NCBI GenBank assembly: GCA_964016885.1
Contig: OZ024744.1
Span: 88,164,001-88,228,000 of the forward strand
Reading direction: 5' to 3'
Length of the DNA stretch: 64,000 bases
DNA from: Eledone cirrhosa
Taxonomy: Eukaryota
Positions within the stretch are counted from its first letter, which is position 1, and the number at the start of each line of letters is the position of its first letter. Position numbers and translations under genes: made by a program. The notes under the pieces are model-generated. The model saw nothing but the letters and a program-made list of their open reading frames with translations. It was not told the origin of the DNA and did no database searches. Of this stretch, positions 26,775 to 42,429 are shown one piece after another.

Positions 26775-26929
26775 TTATCCCGGGTTCAATAGGGGGTAAC
26801 CACAGTAAATAAGGTACTCAATACATAACAGTGTATAAATATTTAATATAGAAATGGCTTCTACGGGGCTAGAACTGCTTCCTTCGAAGGAAATTATATA
26901 TATATTTATATATATATATATAATAAAAA

Positions 26930-27585
26930 ATTGAACAGGGACAGAACAGAGAGGCAGTACGACAAATGTTTATTAGATTCACGCTTAGGAGAGTGGGGGG
27001 TAGGTGGAGGACGACGTTTCGGGCATAAGCCCTTCTTCAGGTAAGAGTTCAAAAGGTGTGTAGGGGAGTGGTGGAGAGACATATAGCGAAAGGAAACGGT
27101 GCGAATGAAAAATTAACAAATAAAGACAAAAATATAATAAATAATAAATAAAAATAAAGCATGATCAAAATACAAGGAATGAGAACATTTAAAAATAAAG
27201 GTATGATCAAAATAAACTGAAATTAAAAGGGGGGTAAACAGGTGGTGGAAGGGTGTGGGGTGAGTAGAGGTGGAGGCGGGTGGAGTGGGGAGAGGGAGAC
27301 GGGGTGTCCGAGCGGGGAGGGCTGAAGGTGGTGTATGTGGTTAGGTGTGCGTGTGTGTGTGTGTGTGTGTATGTGAAAGTGAGGGTTGGGGGAAGAACGG
27401 GGTTGCATGTTCAGGAAGGTGTGTGTGGGGGGTGTTTTTGTGTGTCGGAGGGTCTGTGCGTGTGTGGATAGGGGGTGGGGGGAGAGGAATCAGGGGGCTG
27501 AGGGTGTAAATATGTGGTGGGAAGCACGTGTGTGTGGTTTAAGCGTGTTGTGGGTGTGGGTGGCGTGTGGAATGAAGTATATATG
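26930..27585 (-). mobile_element. 3' end of the C-rich Penelope-like family seen at 1-1420
   Basis: Minus strand is C/A-rich, then U-rich, then CACACC..GAACTCTT, a hammerhead and AATAAA. Confidence 0.6.
27011..27042 (-). ncRNA. Minimal PLE-type hammerhead motif
   Basis: Minus strand: AC-CTGAAGA-A-GGGC-TTAT-GCCC-GAAAC-GTC-GT. Stem I is weak. Confidence 0.7.
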
Positions 27586-27589
27586 ACAA

Positions 27590-28116
27590 ATTAGTTCACA
27601 AGCATTTTAAAGAAATCTAAAACATTTTATTTATTCCAATATTGTCCACCCAAAGCACCTGAACTGAACTGCACGAAGATATGAAGCGACGATTTCATGA
27701 TCTGTTTACTCTTCGAGTTCCTGAATGGATTGTCAACCCCTTCGTTGACAATCCCTTCATTCATAGATGCAGAAGAGGGTGGAGAAGAGAGTGGAGAGTT
27801 AGAAGAGGAGTTGATAACGCTTCAAAATTTCATTCCTAAATTCTGCAAGTGCTATCAAGAATTTCGGCTTCCAAAGGCTATCCATGAGCTTTGGAAGCTC
27901 ATGGATAGCCTTTGGAAGAAATTCAAAATGTTCTTCATTGCCTTTTCAAGATCATATTTGGTTGAGAGAGGATTCAGTGCAATCACACGCATTCGTACAA
28001 AGCAGCGGAGAAAGCTCTGAATTACGGAGTATGGAGATCTCAGACTTATTCTTAGTACAATTCAACCTGAGATAGAGAGTCTACTTTCACTTTACCAAAG
28101 TCATCCTTCTCATTGA
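27590..28116 (+). pseudogene. hAT transposase C-terminal remnant
   Basis: Across frames: EDMKRRFHDL...PEWIVNPF...LEEELITLQN...FIAFSRSYLVERGFSA...GDLRLILSTIQPEIESLLSLYQSHPSH-stop. Confidence 0.8.
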
Positions 28117-28319
28117 ACAACGTTCCCTAAAAACCTATCTGGATGGGCTGTTTAGGTGGTATATTATTCACTTCTCCAATATGCGTTGTAAATTTGGTCA
28201 TTATTTGATTAAGAATATAGTATTTGTGTAAGTAGAAAGGTCTCTTTTTTTTTGCTGTGGATTGGGAGATGCTATGAATTTATTATTTATGTTATCATAG
28301 TATTGCATACATATTATAT

Positions 28320-28516
28320 AATTGTTACTACTTTTGGCACAAGGCCAGCAATTAACCCAGTGTATTACTGGTACTTTATTTTATCGACCTCGACCCCGTA
28401 AGGATGAAAGGCAAAGTTAACCTCGGCGGGATTTGAACTCAGACCATAAAGGGCTGTAACTCTTTGCTGCAAAGCATAGCGTCCAACCCTCTACCGATAC
28501 TGCTAATCCACCGCCC
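28320..28516 (-). mobile_element. Octopus-type tRNA SINE
   Basis: Matches the window SINE consensus. Confidence 0.9.
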
Positions 28517-28583
28517 TATTAGATATATACATATGATATAATAATATATTTAATATCAAATGATACATATATATATATAAATA

Positions 28584-30322
<1,739 letters not shown>

Positions 30323-30336
30323 ATATATTATATATG

Positions 30337-30527
30337 ACGGTCGATTGGCAGTATCGGTGGAGGGTCGGACACCATGTTTTAACGCAAAGAGATACGGCCC
30401 TTTCCATTTTGAGTTCAAATCCCGCCAAGGTTAACTTTGACTTTCATCCTTACGAGATCGATAAAATAAAGTACCAGTATTACACTGGGTGGGTAATTGC
30501 TGGCCTTGAGCCAAAAGTAGATACAAT
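30337..30527 (+). mobile_element. Octopus-type tRNA SINE
   Basis: Matches the window SINE consensus. Confidence 0.85.
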
Positions 30528-30979
30528 TATATTATTTATTATATATAAATTAACGATTTTATTTATTATATATTATTTACAATTTGCGTGTAGACAGATC
30601 TCTCTGAAAATAGGTGGGGGTGCTGAGGGTATTAAGTCTCAGTGAGAGGGTCGATGGTTCAAAATGTTTGAGAACCTCTGTTTTAAATCTTTGGTGTTAT
30701 TTATTAGATGTTCCTAATGTTATTCAACGTGAAATATTATTCTGAAGCATTTTAATAAACTCTGAGGACAGCTGTGCTGAATTACAAATCAAAAGTTACA
30801 TTAAAACTCACTATACGTAGATCTACACAGGTAGAAATAATTGTTTTAAAACTTTGGTGATATTTAAACATTTAATGTTTAAATATCACTAAAAGCACCG
30901 GATCCAAGTGTTCATCTTCATGTCACACAGCGTGATATCCAGTATGATGCGCTCCATCTTTCGCAAATGATACATATTA

Positions 30980-31466
30980 TCTATATGCATAAATGGCAAT
31001 TTCTGTCTGTTTGTGTGTGTGTTTGTTTGTGAACCTAAAACTCAAAAACTACCTAACCGAGTTTGATAAAACTTGACACGTGTGTGGGGTTCATGCCCAT
31101 TTGATTTCTTACGTATATTTCATTTCAATCAAAGGGTTCCCCGGGGACTCAAACCCACGCTGAAAACCCCCACTGAAAATGTTTTCTCTTCGATTTATAT
31201 GAAATTTAAACCATAGGTAAATAAGAAGATATGATGCTTATTTACAAAATTTCAGCAAGTTTTAATAATATTAAGACACACTAATGGGGGATAAACCCCC
31301 TATAGTGAAAATGTTGGCCAATAAATGGAACAAGATTTCACGAACTCCACCTATGGTTTTGAAGATAGACCCCTATAAATATATCATCATTAAAATCAAT
31401 CATCATTTTCTTACAAAAAAAAAAAAAAATGTGTGAAACACAGCAAGGCCCGGGTAATTCGGCTAG
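30980..31466 (+). mobile_element. Non-autonomous Helitron
   Basis: A|TCTATATGCATAAA...TCTGTCTGTTTG start, GC-rich subterminal segment, and CTAG|T end. Confidence 0.65.
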
Positions 31467-32214
31467 TATATAAATATGGTAAAATAAAAAAAAATATAAA
31501 TTATTTATTATATATAAATTAACGATTTTATTTATTATATATTATTTATAATCTGCGTGCAGGCAAGTCTCTCTGGAAATAGGACTAGAGTGAGGGGGGG
31601 GGGTGCTGAGGGTATTATGTGCTCCTGAGAGGACACTATTTAGCAATGTGTCATAAAGACAGTATAGTGAAGGAACATTTAGCTGCTATTTCTAATAGGT
31701 AGAGTAACCAAACAGTGGCTAAAGTTATAGTTCTTTTGTTTGGAATTTTTTTTAACCCAGGTAATCCCTGATCGGACAGGCCTAACAGCGAAAGCATTCC
31801 AGTCTTGACCATCCCGTTTGTTTTCCGTGTGCAAGAAAATGAGTAAGATATTAAAATATAAGACGGTGGATTATGAATTGATAGGAACATGGCTGCTATT
31901 TGTAGCAGGTCAAGCGATGACGTAGAAACTTCGTCGCTGACTTGTCAACTCATGGTTTGTGATAGTTTCTGATAGTGATAGTATTTACACCCCTGTCGGT
32001 GTGGTGTTGCTGTTTAGGTCTGAATACGCCCTGGCCAAACAAACCAATGATTAAATACATTCTCACCGTGAGCATTCCGTCATAACATATCTAGGTTTAC
32101 ATTTCTCAGTGTGTTCTATCTGTTTTACGAAACGAAGGTTTAATTTGAAAGATATTTCGCGGGAGACTCTTACAATGGTCGACTAAATATTTCATAGGCT
32201 GACTATAAAGGATT

Positions 32215-32500
32215 GATGCTAGAGCTGTGAAATGTTTAATGCATTAATTTCAACTCTTCTTATTAATACCTACATTGTTTCCTTCCAGGGACTACGCTGA
32301 AAATTAAACCTCATTTAGTAATTCCATGAAACTATCTTGGTCAACCTATGAAGAGGTGATGCTAGTGCTGTGAAATCTTGCATGCAGTAATTTCAACTCT
32401 TCTTATTAATAACTGCATTGCTTCCTTCCAGGGACAACGCTGAAAATTAAACCTCATTTAAATAATTCCATGAGAGTATCTTGGTCAGCCTATGAACTTT
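32215..32500. repeat. Tandem duplication of about 143 bp of a dispersed repeat
   Basis: GATGCTAG.GCTGTGAAAT...ATCTTGGTCA.CCTATGAA occurs twice. A related inverted sequence lies at 43530-43652. Confidence 0.75.
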
Positions 32501-32591
32501 TCACTCTAGGAAACTTTCATTCGACCCTCGTACACTGATTGATGCTAGTGGTTTTCATATTGGTGAATGTGATAATGCTGGCTATCATAGT

Positions 32592-32780
32592 AATTGTTTC
32601 TACTTTTGGCACAACGCCAGCAATTAGCCAGTGCATTACTGGTACTTTATTTTATCGACCCTGTAAGGATGAAAGGCAAAGTTAACCTCGGCGGGATTTT
32701 AACTCAGAATGGCAAGGACCGTAACTCTATGCGTCAAAGCATGGCGTCCGACGCTCTACCGATACTGCCAATCCACCGCC
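32592..32780 (-). mobile_element. Octopus-type tRNA SINE
   Basis: Matches the window SINE consensus. Confidence 0.9.
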
Positions 32781-33603
32781 TTTGCTATCATAGTAATGTT
32801 GTTTGTCAGGGTCGAGTCTTCCTGTTTTATTTGGTTGGTTGTTGTGTGTGTTGTGTGTGTGTGTATTTGCGTGTGTGTGTGTGCGTCTGTGTGTGTTTGT
32901 GTGCGCACGCGTGTGTGTGTGTTATATTGCAGTTTGTAAACTACTTATTTCACAGCTTCACGGAGTTTCGACTTCTTACCTAAAACAGTCAGTGTTTATT
33001 TTTTTTTTCTCACCGACGCTTATATCCTATGTCAATATAAATGCAAGCTCACATGCCCACATACATCAGATACATATAAATACATATATAGATGTACACA
33101 CATATATACATCTACACACAGGTATTCATCTATACTCATAAACACCACAAATATATATATGTGTGTGTGTATCTATGCATATGTATATATGTATGTATGT
33201 TTGTATGTATGTTTGTTTGTATGTATGTTTCTTTGTATGTATGTATATATTTAACGGATGTGTGTTTTTATTTTCATTATAAACGTGAAGTACCAGTAAT
33301 GCACTGGATAATTTGCTGGCCTTGTGCCAAAAGTAAAAACAATGATAAACATGAACGCATTCTATTTTTAACTTTATAATCAATATTTTGTTTTCTATTT
33401 TCGTATGAAATGTTGCTGTTTGGAACAGTAAAGAGTTTACATTTTTTACATTGTTCACTATGACCCTACATACCATAAACATTCAACAACACCCACCAAT
33501 AACCCGTCATCCTGAAGATGAGATATTGAGAAACGTTAATGATAGATATAACGACTTTACTATTTCAGAAAACAAAAAACAAAAAAAAAACGCATGGTTC
33601 TAA

Positions 33604-34725
33604 TCTACTTATATATATAACCAGCAATTTCTTTGTCTGTCTGTCCGACAGTGGAAACACGTGCGTAGAGAGAGAGTGAGAGTGAAAGAAAGTGACAGAC
33701 TACGAGGGGGGATAGCGGGAGGGGGAAAGGGAGAGAGAGAGAGAGAATAGACGCTAAAACACGTGCTACAGAAATATTACCTTCCCCTTCCTTTCTCCAC
33801 TTTGGTACTACCAAGAGAAACACTGTCGCTATAGAAACATTACCTTCCCCTCTCCACTGACTTTGGTCACTGAGGCCGAGGGAATCGCTGGTTGCTATAG
33901 AGACACCTTGCACAAGCCAGAAGTAACCAGTTCGAGGCGGTTCTAACTTGACACCATGCGAAGATGGTTGCCATTGAATTTGTGGTTGTTGCTGCTGATA
34001 ATAAGGACCATTTGAAGAAGGTTGCCATTGAATTTGTGGTTGTTGCTGCTGATAATAAGGACCATTTGAAGAAGGTTGCTGCCGATGAGGTAATTTATTA
34101 ATCAGATTGAGCAGTTCCATAACCTACGTTTGATTTGTTAAATTTATTTCTTCAATTTTTTTGTTGTTTTTTTTTTTATTTCTTATTGAAAAATATAAAT
34201 AATAAAATAAGGTTAGAAATTTAAATACAATTAAATACGATTTAATTTCCATTTCCAGCAGCCAATGTCCAGTGTTCAATTTCATGAAAAAATTGGAAAT
34301 TTCAAAAAATTGAAGTTTAACTTTTGAACATTTGTTTTGACAATAAAAAAATATTTCCTTATTCACACCTAATGGTATGATTAAAATTTCATCGGAATAT
34401 TTTTTTCTAACCGCCAGTTATTTATTTTCTCCTTTTTCGTTTTAACATATATTTATTTCAAAGATTTCACCGTATAGATAACATATATATTTATACATGC
34501 ATAAAAGACACACCGAGAGACGGTGAACATGTGATGCCGAAAACATTTCTCATCCAAATCTCAACAGACTACAAGAGGGGGATAGCGGGAGGGAGATAGG
34601 GGGAATTGAGGAGTGCTACAGAAACATATATACATTTCTGTGTGTGTGTAATATATATATATATATACAGACACAGAAATATATATATATATACACACAG
34701 AAATATATATACATTTCTGTGTGTG

Positions 34726-34792
<67 letters not shown>

Positions 34793-34893
34793 GAAATATA
34801 TATATATATATACACAGAAATATATACACATTTCTGTGTGTGTAATATATATATATATACACACAGAAATATATATACATTTCTGTGTGTGTA

Positions 34894-34928
<35 letters not shown>

Positions 34929-35008
34929 GAAATATATATGCATTTCTGTGTGTGTAATATATATATATATATTAGCAGAAAACCGCCCATCGTGTGGTTT
35001 TGTGCTAG
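33604..35008 (+). mobile_element. Probable non-autonomous Helitron containing internal tandem repeats
   Basis: A|TCTACTTATATATATAA...TGTCTGTCTGTCC start, hairpin and CTAG|T at 35005-35009. Contains a 60-bp repeat (33960-34085) and a minisatellite (34617-34970). Confidence 0.55.
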
Positions 35009-35194
35009 TCTATATATTAATACCTACGTACCGTACGTCCGACCGTGTGTGTCACACTTTCAGTAATATAAATAAAAGTCGAATGACGCCCGTGAGTCGT
35101 GCTAATACAATGGAAGTGGGGTGCTAAACTATCTATGAAAATCTACGGCCAAAGAAAATCAAAGAGCGTTGCAACGTTTGGAAAGGAGAGAAAG

Positions 35195-35830
35195 GGTTGG
35201 GTTATTATATATATAGAGCGAGAGGAGGTTATAATATATATATAGAGAGAGTGGGTTATACTATATTTAAAGAGAGCGGGGTTATAATATAGAGAAAGGG
35301 ATGGGTTATAATATATAGAAAGAAGGGGGTTATAATATAGAGAGAGGGGGTTATAATATAGAGAGGGGGGGGTTATAATTGTTTCTACTTTCTGGCATAA
35401 GGCCAGCAATTACTCAGTACATTACTGGTACTTTATTTTATCGACCCCGTAAGGATGAAAGGCAAAGTTAACCTCGACGGGATTTGAACTCAGACCGTAA
35501 AGGGACGTAACTATGCTGGAAAGCATGGCGTCCGACCCTCTACCGATACTGCCAATTCAGGTTATAATATAGAGAAAGGTGAGATTAAAATATATAGAGA
35601 AAGAGGAGGTTAAATATATATATATATAGAGAGAGGGGGTTATAATATCGAGAAAGGAGGCTTAATATATATATAGAGAGAGAGGGGATTAAAATATATA
35701 TATAGGGGGTGTTATAATATATAGAGAGGGAGGTTTTAATATATAGAGAAAGGGATGGGTTTATTTTTAGAGAGAGGGGGGTTTAATATATTTAAAGAGA
35801 TGGGGTTATAATATCGAGAGAGGGGATTAT
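35195..35830. repeat. Minisatellite (GGGTTATAATATATAGAGA)n interrupted by a SINE (35377-35557, minus)
   Basis: Direct observation. Confidence 0.85.
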
Positions 35831-35989
35831 CCAGCTAGTAAATATTTGAATATTTCAAATACCCGTGTAACATCAACGTGTGGCCTGCCCTACACATTTA
35901 TAGTTCAGCGTGAAGTTCTCTTCTACTCAAAGACTTTATACTGCTGAACAATAGAAACAAGTTGAATAAATTTGAATAATGATTTATTA

Positions 35990-36150
35990 ATAATTGTTTC
36001 TACTTTTGGTATAAGGCCAGCAATTACCCCAGTGCATTACTGGTACTTTACTTTTATCGACCCTGTAACGATGAAAGGCAGAATTAACTCAGAACGGAAG
36101 GGGCCATAACTCTATGCTGCGAAGCATGGTATCTAAGGCTCTACGGCCCT
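35990..36150 (-). mobile_element. Octopus-type tRNA SINE, partial
   Basis: Matches the SINE tail and core. Confidence 0.8.
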
Positions 36151-36573
36151 TTATGTATTATTAATGACATAGTTAGGAGGATATTAGTTATCGATCTATA
36201 TAGACTAGTTGACTAGCTCCCCATGCCAAAAGTGTAACAGAAAGGTAAGCACAGGTAATATATTCATAACAAGAAAGGTCACAATATCACAACATAATTT
36301 GAGGTCTCGACAGACGAGATCCTTACAGAATGCAAACTGCGAAGGTGGGAAGCTAAAGTAGCACCAAAATAACTTCAGAAAAACTAAAGTAAACAAGAAC
36401 TAAGTCGACATTACAATTCAAACTGTCTTCAATATATATATATATATGGTCCTTTCCAATGCTGTGTTTGTTTTCCGAATGTTTGACTAAATATTAAATT
36501 CTTTGTTATTTTTTATGTAATTTTATCCTCGGAATATATTTGAATATTTTGAAATATGTATCTAATGAATATT

Positions 36574-37672
36574 TCTATATATATAAAAAAGAGGATGTCT
36601 GTCTGTGGAAATCCCTAACATTTGAGAAGTACCCAACGTATTTTTTTTTAAACTTTACACATGCGTTACTTATATTTCTTGAAGTACAGTGGGCTAAAAC
36701 AATTTTAACATTTTCTGCCTTAGGGCAGGCAAAAAACCGCGATTTTTAGGCAATTTTGGGCTTTTTTGAGGCGTAACTTAAAGATAATCCATCCGATTTC
36801 CTCGAAATATACAGCACACATTAGTTAGTCCCCCCGCATTGTTGTGGACAAATAAAATTCGGATTCCCTAAATGGTTTCTAGGAAATTTACGAATTAGCA
36901 TTGGGCATTACATGCCATTTTCATTTTCAATATAAACGCTACTTAAACATCGTAAGTAGCGTTTCGTTAAAAATTTGATTTATTTAACAGAGGACACAAC
37001 GCTTACTTACTTTTAAGCAGGACCATTTTGGGGGGATTGAGGAAATGAGGAGGACCTTAACATTTTTGTCGGCGCAATGTTGACGCTTCGTGCTTTCATC
37101 ACGCGCAAATCCGGGCCGTGTTATTGATACCGTAAAACTCTACTAAGACCACTCTTGTTGCACCTACACCGCCGTATGAACGCCCTGCGCAGGTACAGTG
37201 GTTTTGCTAATTCTGCGATGACCCCTTTTGTCGCACCATTGTTGCTGTTTAAACGCAGTGCCGCCTAGCGTTTGTGCTAATTGCATTATGACCCCCTTCT
37301 ACTGCAGCTGCGTTGCCATGCTGATTTCGTCATCTCAACATCCCTACTTAAATGTACATCCCTACTTGGTTTGCACACAATTGACTACGTCGCTCCTTCT
37401 GACTGACGTGTGTTCCCCATTCGTGACGTAATTCGTGAACAGACTTACGACATATATCGCTCCACAACACTTACTTCTTTCGCATACAGCATTTCCGCAA
37501 TCGGCCCACTGACACTGCTACTACTGGATTCGACCTGTCGGTGTTCTACGTTTCCAGTAGATGAACAATCATTCCCCGAGAATAAGGGAATTCAAAAAGT
37601 ACACAGCTACATTCCTCAATCTTTGCATATTTCACGTATCCTACCCTGTGCAACGCCGGGTCCTGCTGCTGG
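36574..37672 (+). mobile_element. Non-autonomous Helitron (family shared with 41474-42429)
   Basis: TCTATATATATAAAA...GTCTGTCTGT start and CCCTGTGCAACGCCGGG...CTGG end. An inverted homolog ends in CTAG. Confidence 0.75.
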
Positions 37673-37678
37673 TGTATG

Positions 37679-37726
<48 letters not shown>

Positions 37727-37824
37727 AGAGATGTCAACATGAATGGATCCGTTATTTGTATCTAAAGACATTTTTTCCAATTCCAAACCGCTCGTGCTTT
37801 CAATCTATCTTATTTCGCATTCTT

Positions 37825-37860
37825 TCTTCTGATGAAGGACTAGCGTCCGAAACGTTGAGA
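37825..37860 (+). ncRNA. Minimal PLE-type hammerhead motif
   Basis: TCTT-CTGATGA-A-GGAC-TAGC-GTCC-GAAAC-GTT-GAGA. Confidence 0.75.
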
Positions 37861-37965
37861 TCCTCTTTCGTTTATTTCAAGCGTTAACCTAATAAATCCC
37901 TTCCATATACTGTACCGATTGTGTTGTTATTACTGTTTACCTTTTTACATACACACACACACACA

Positions 37966-38000
<35 letters not shown>

Positions 38001-38025
38001 TCACACGTGTGTTTGTGTGTGTGCG

Positions 38026-38061
<36 letters not shown>

Positions 38062-38619
38062 AATGTAAATGCAATATAAATCGGGAGAAAACACACAAAA
38101 ACAAAACAAAATTACAAAACATGTACGACAAAATTACGAACGTTGATGATAGAATTAGGTATCTCCCTATTCCAAAAGACTGCCAGGATCTTATACGAAA
38201 ATATGTTTAAAATATGTACAAAGCATTCGAAACACAATAACCGTATTGTGTTTTTAATGCATGTAGGAAAGATGTACATCGTATGTACATTATAAAAATG
38301 CACTTTAAAATAACAGGAAAGTGAAAATATACGACAGAATACTAAAATAAACTTCATATTCCGCTTGCAATGCCTATATTAATCACATTGGAACTTACCT
38401 GTATAAATATCCAGAAGCATCCTGAAGAATCTATGAAGATTTTGAGAAATTGATGATGATTTAGAAACTGAGATACGAACAAACACAAAGTAGCTTATAT
38501 ATGAATATGAAAATTCCTTGAGAATGAAACTGAAAGATCATTATAGGTTTTCAGTTGTCTCGAGATTCCGGAGCGGCTCTTGCAAACTTTACCACATACA
38601 TTACAAATAATGGTCTGCA

Positions 38620-39800
38620 ATATCGAATTTAGCACAATCTGGTGGTGAGTTGTCTATGTGACTGCTAAGATGGCTTTGGAACCCTGAGTGTGACAGGTTT
38701 ATTAGGCTACACTTATGGCAAACAAACTGAAGAGTAGCTGGGGATACGACTATCGTCCAATCGTATCAGATGTCTTTCCCAGCGATGGGAGTGTTTGTGT
38801 ATATGAGCTTCAATGCTAAGTGTATCAGCTCGTTTCAGTGCATCTGTGTCTGGAAGATGTGAGAGCTAGAGAAAGCTCCAGATCGATCTTAGTAGGTTTA
38901 AATGTTTCATGCAAACTACCCGGGTCTCGCAAGAATGAATAATGAAGGCTTGTAAGAATACTGGCATTATAAACATTTATTTTCATTTTCTTTTTCAGGC
39001 CTTTCTGAGACCATACGCAATCTTGAAGAGCAGAAAAGGCGACAGTAACTTCCTTAAGTCGGAGAGTTTTTTCATCGTCGAATGAACAGTGGCGGTTTAG
39101 CGTACTACCGAGGTAGGTAAAGTTGTCAACAACCTTCAGCTTTTTCCCGTCGACATAGATGGAAATTTCCACATAGTACTTAGTGCAGGCTAGAATATGA
39201 CAACTTGTTTATCCAGACTGATTGCCAGACGAAATGATTTGCGTGACTAGGATAACCTCACCACGAAACACTGCATACAGCGGTAGTGTGCGAGACCATG
39301 TTGCGGTCATCAGCGTAGAGGAGATCGTGGACAAGAGCTAGAAAGACATTTCGGCAAGGCGGCGTATGTTAAAAAAGCTTGTATGTACTGCGATATTACA
39401 CATACACACCTTGGTTACAGTTCTTGAAGGCATCATTAAGAACAAGTTAGTGCAACCAGGTCTCCCTGATTAACACCGTACTCTATAGAATATTCCATAT
39501 CATCATGTAAGGACTTGACCTCGTTGAAAAACTGTTGGGGACAGCCTAGCATTAGAATAAGTAACCCAGAGTGCTTCTCTGTTGACCGTATCAAGTGCCT
39601 TTGTGAAATCGACAATATCCTAATATAAGGACTGGACCTGTTCTACACACTTTTCTTGGAATTAGATCGCTGTAAATATCATGTCTGTAGCTTCTCGTTT
39701 TGCTCTAAAACAGCACTGTCATCCTGGGAGAAGCCTGACAGAGATATAGGAGTTCTGTCTGAAGACGGTTGCACCAGACAAGAACTTTTAGGCTGTGCAT
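38620..39800 (-). pseudogene. Degenerate RTE (BovB-like) LINE reverse transcriptase
   Basis: Fragments DMIFTA..FQEKCVEQ, VDFTKALDTVNREAL, LLYADD and LKVVDNFTYLGSTL...KINVYNASIL, with many stops and frameshifts. Confidence 0.85.
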
Positions 39801-40269
39801 AGAAGAGCTAAGCCTCTATAGATTCTATAAAGTTCAAGAGTACCTTATTTATAATATTGCCAGAAATAATAACAGAACACACTCACTGTTTGGTTTGGGT
39901 TGGTTTTCGCTTCTGTATCTTTTATATCTCCATAGTTACTCTATTTGGCAATCCATGTTTATCATTGATTGACCAATTGTTAAAAATACATACATATATA
40001 TATATATACATATGTATATATTAGACCAAGCTATAAGAAGAAAGGCTCTTATGAAGAAATCTCCGACAAATAACTGAAAGTGACCTCTTCGCAGTGGCCC
40101 CAATAGATTATTTATCCAACATTTCGACAGCATGTAGAAATTGACTAAATATATCAACCATACACAATTAGTTGTAAAATTAAACTTAGAAGAAATGTGT
40201 ACATACCGTAATTATATCTCGTAAATATATATATATATATATATGTGTACATACCGTAATTATATCCCG

Positions 40270-40320
<51 letters not shown>

Positions 40321-40321
<1 letters not shown>

Positions 40322-40364
40322 ATCAAAGTTCTTTCGTCACAGATCTGCGACATCATCAATGGTA
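40321..40364 (-). ncRNA. Degenerate hammerhead (family F relative)
   Basis: Minus strand: TACCA-TTGATGA-T-GTCGCAG-AT-CTGTGAC-GAAAG-AA-CTT-TGATA. Confidence 0.55.
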
Positions 40365-40412
40365 CTATTATGTTTCCTCCCGTTGTATTGTAAAGCCTAC
40401 GCTATTTTTATT

Positions 40413-40471
<59 letters not shown>

Positions 40472-40935
40472 TTCTTGTCTGTCTCTGCGCATGCGTTTGC
40501 GCCTGTATTTTTAACCGTTGGTCAATCAATGATAAACATTTATTTGCCAAATAAAGTAACTATGGAGATATAAAAGATACAAAAGCGAAAACCAACCCAA
40601 ACCAAACAGTGGGTGTGTTCTGGCAATATTATAATAATATGATCCTCCCCAAGTATAAGAATATCTGTTTCGCCACACGATTCATATCAAAACCTTGCAA
40701 AACAAATATATACTTATATATATATATATAATAAATATTAGTTTAACAATGATAATAATAGCAAAGGCAAGTTATTCTATAAAAATTCCTTCATTGCTTT
40801 ACGATCGTTTCGGGGAGTGATAATATTGATATATTGACTGATCTATAGCATTTAAAGAACTGTATACTATCAGACATAATTTATGGGTTTGATCATACCG
40901 TCTTCTACGAAAGGTAAACCCCATTGCATATGTAT

Positions 40936-40974
<39 letters not shown>

Positions 40975-41007
40975 CACACACACACATACACACACACACA
41001 CAGACAG

Positions 41008-41128
<121 letters not shown>

Positions 41129-41473
41129 TATATATAGAAAGATACAGAGCTTAGCCTTGTTTTGGAAATTAACTTTGTTTACAAACAACGGAGAATTTGA
41201 AAATTAGATAGTGAAATAGAGTTTCCACCGTATTTTTGACTAAGTAAATTAGCCTAATAGTTATGAAAAAAAAACCCAGACTGGAAAAAGTATGAGCCTA
41301 CATCTTTGGCTATCATCACCACTGTTTTAACCATTACGCCAATACGTCCCCCATCAAATGTCCAATCAATTTGAAGCTATGCGGGTTCGTGTCCAACGTA
41401 TGTCAATGCTGATCCTTTTTCTAATTTAGGTTTTTTTATAAAAAATACGACGGAAGCTATATTTTATTATATA

Positions 41474-42429
41474 CTAGAAGCAGGACCCGGCGTTGCACGG
41501 GGTAGGAAACGTGAAATAGAAACACGCATATGCAAAATTGAGCAATGTAGCTGTGTACTTTTGAAATCCCTTATTCTCAGAGAGAACACCGACAGGCCGA
41601 ATCCAGTAGTAGCAGTGTCAGTGGGCCAATTGCGGAAATCCTGTATGCGAAAGAAGTGTTGTGGAGCGATATATGTCGTAAGTCTGTTCACGAATTACGT
41701 CACGGATGGGGAACACACGTCAGTCTGAAGGAGCGACGTAGTCAATTGTGTGAAAACCAAGTAGGGAAGTTGAAATGACGAAATGAGCAGGGCGTACATA
41801 CTGCGGTGTAGGTGCAACAAAAGGGGTCTTAGTAGAAGTAGCACAGACGTGAGCTTTACGGTGTCAATAAAACGCTAACGTACACAGGGCTCGGATTTGC
41901 GCGTGATGAAAGCACGAAGCGTCAACAGGGCGCCGATAAAAAATGTTAAGGTCCTCCTCATTTCCTCAATCCCCCGAAAATAGTCCTGCTTAAAAGTAGG
42001 TAAGTGTTGTGTCCTCTGTTAAATAAATTTTTAACGAAATATTATACGCTGCATACGATGTTTAAGTACCGTTTATATTGAAAATAAAAATGGCATATAA
42101 TGCCCAATGATAATTCGTAAATTTCCTAGAAGCCATTAATGGAATCGGAAATTGTTTTCGTCCACAGCAATGCGAGGGGACTAACTAATGTATGCTGCAA
42201 ATTTCGAGGAAATCGGATGGATTATCTTAGTTACGTCTCAAAAAAGCCTAAAAATGCCTAAAAAATGCGGTTTTTCGCCTAATGCAGAAAAAGTTAAAAT
42301 TGTTTTAGCTCATTGCACTTCAAGAAATATAAGTAACGCATGTGTAAAGTTTGAAAAAAATCGGTCGGGTACTTCTCGAGTTTTAGGGATTTACACAGAC
42401 AGACATCCTCTGTTTTATATAGAGAGAGA
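41474..42429 (-). mobile_element. Non-autonomous Helitron
   Basis: Inverted homolog of 36574-37672. Minus strand ends CCCCGTGCAACGCCGGG-TCCTGCTT-CTAG|T. Confidence 0.8.

Noticed and set aside
33505-33545. CTGAAGA...GAAACGTT hammerhead candidate
   Set aside because: Stem II does not pair and the first stem I pair is a mismatch.
34617-34970. CRISPR-like repeat-spacer appearance
   Set aside because: The apparent spacers are TA runs. Eukaryotic minisatellite with no cas genes.
38421-38460. CTGAAGA-ATCT-ATGA-AGAT hairpin
   Set aside because: No GAAA directly after the stem, and no stem I/III.
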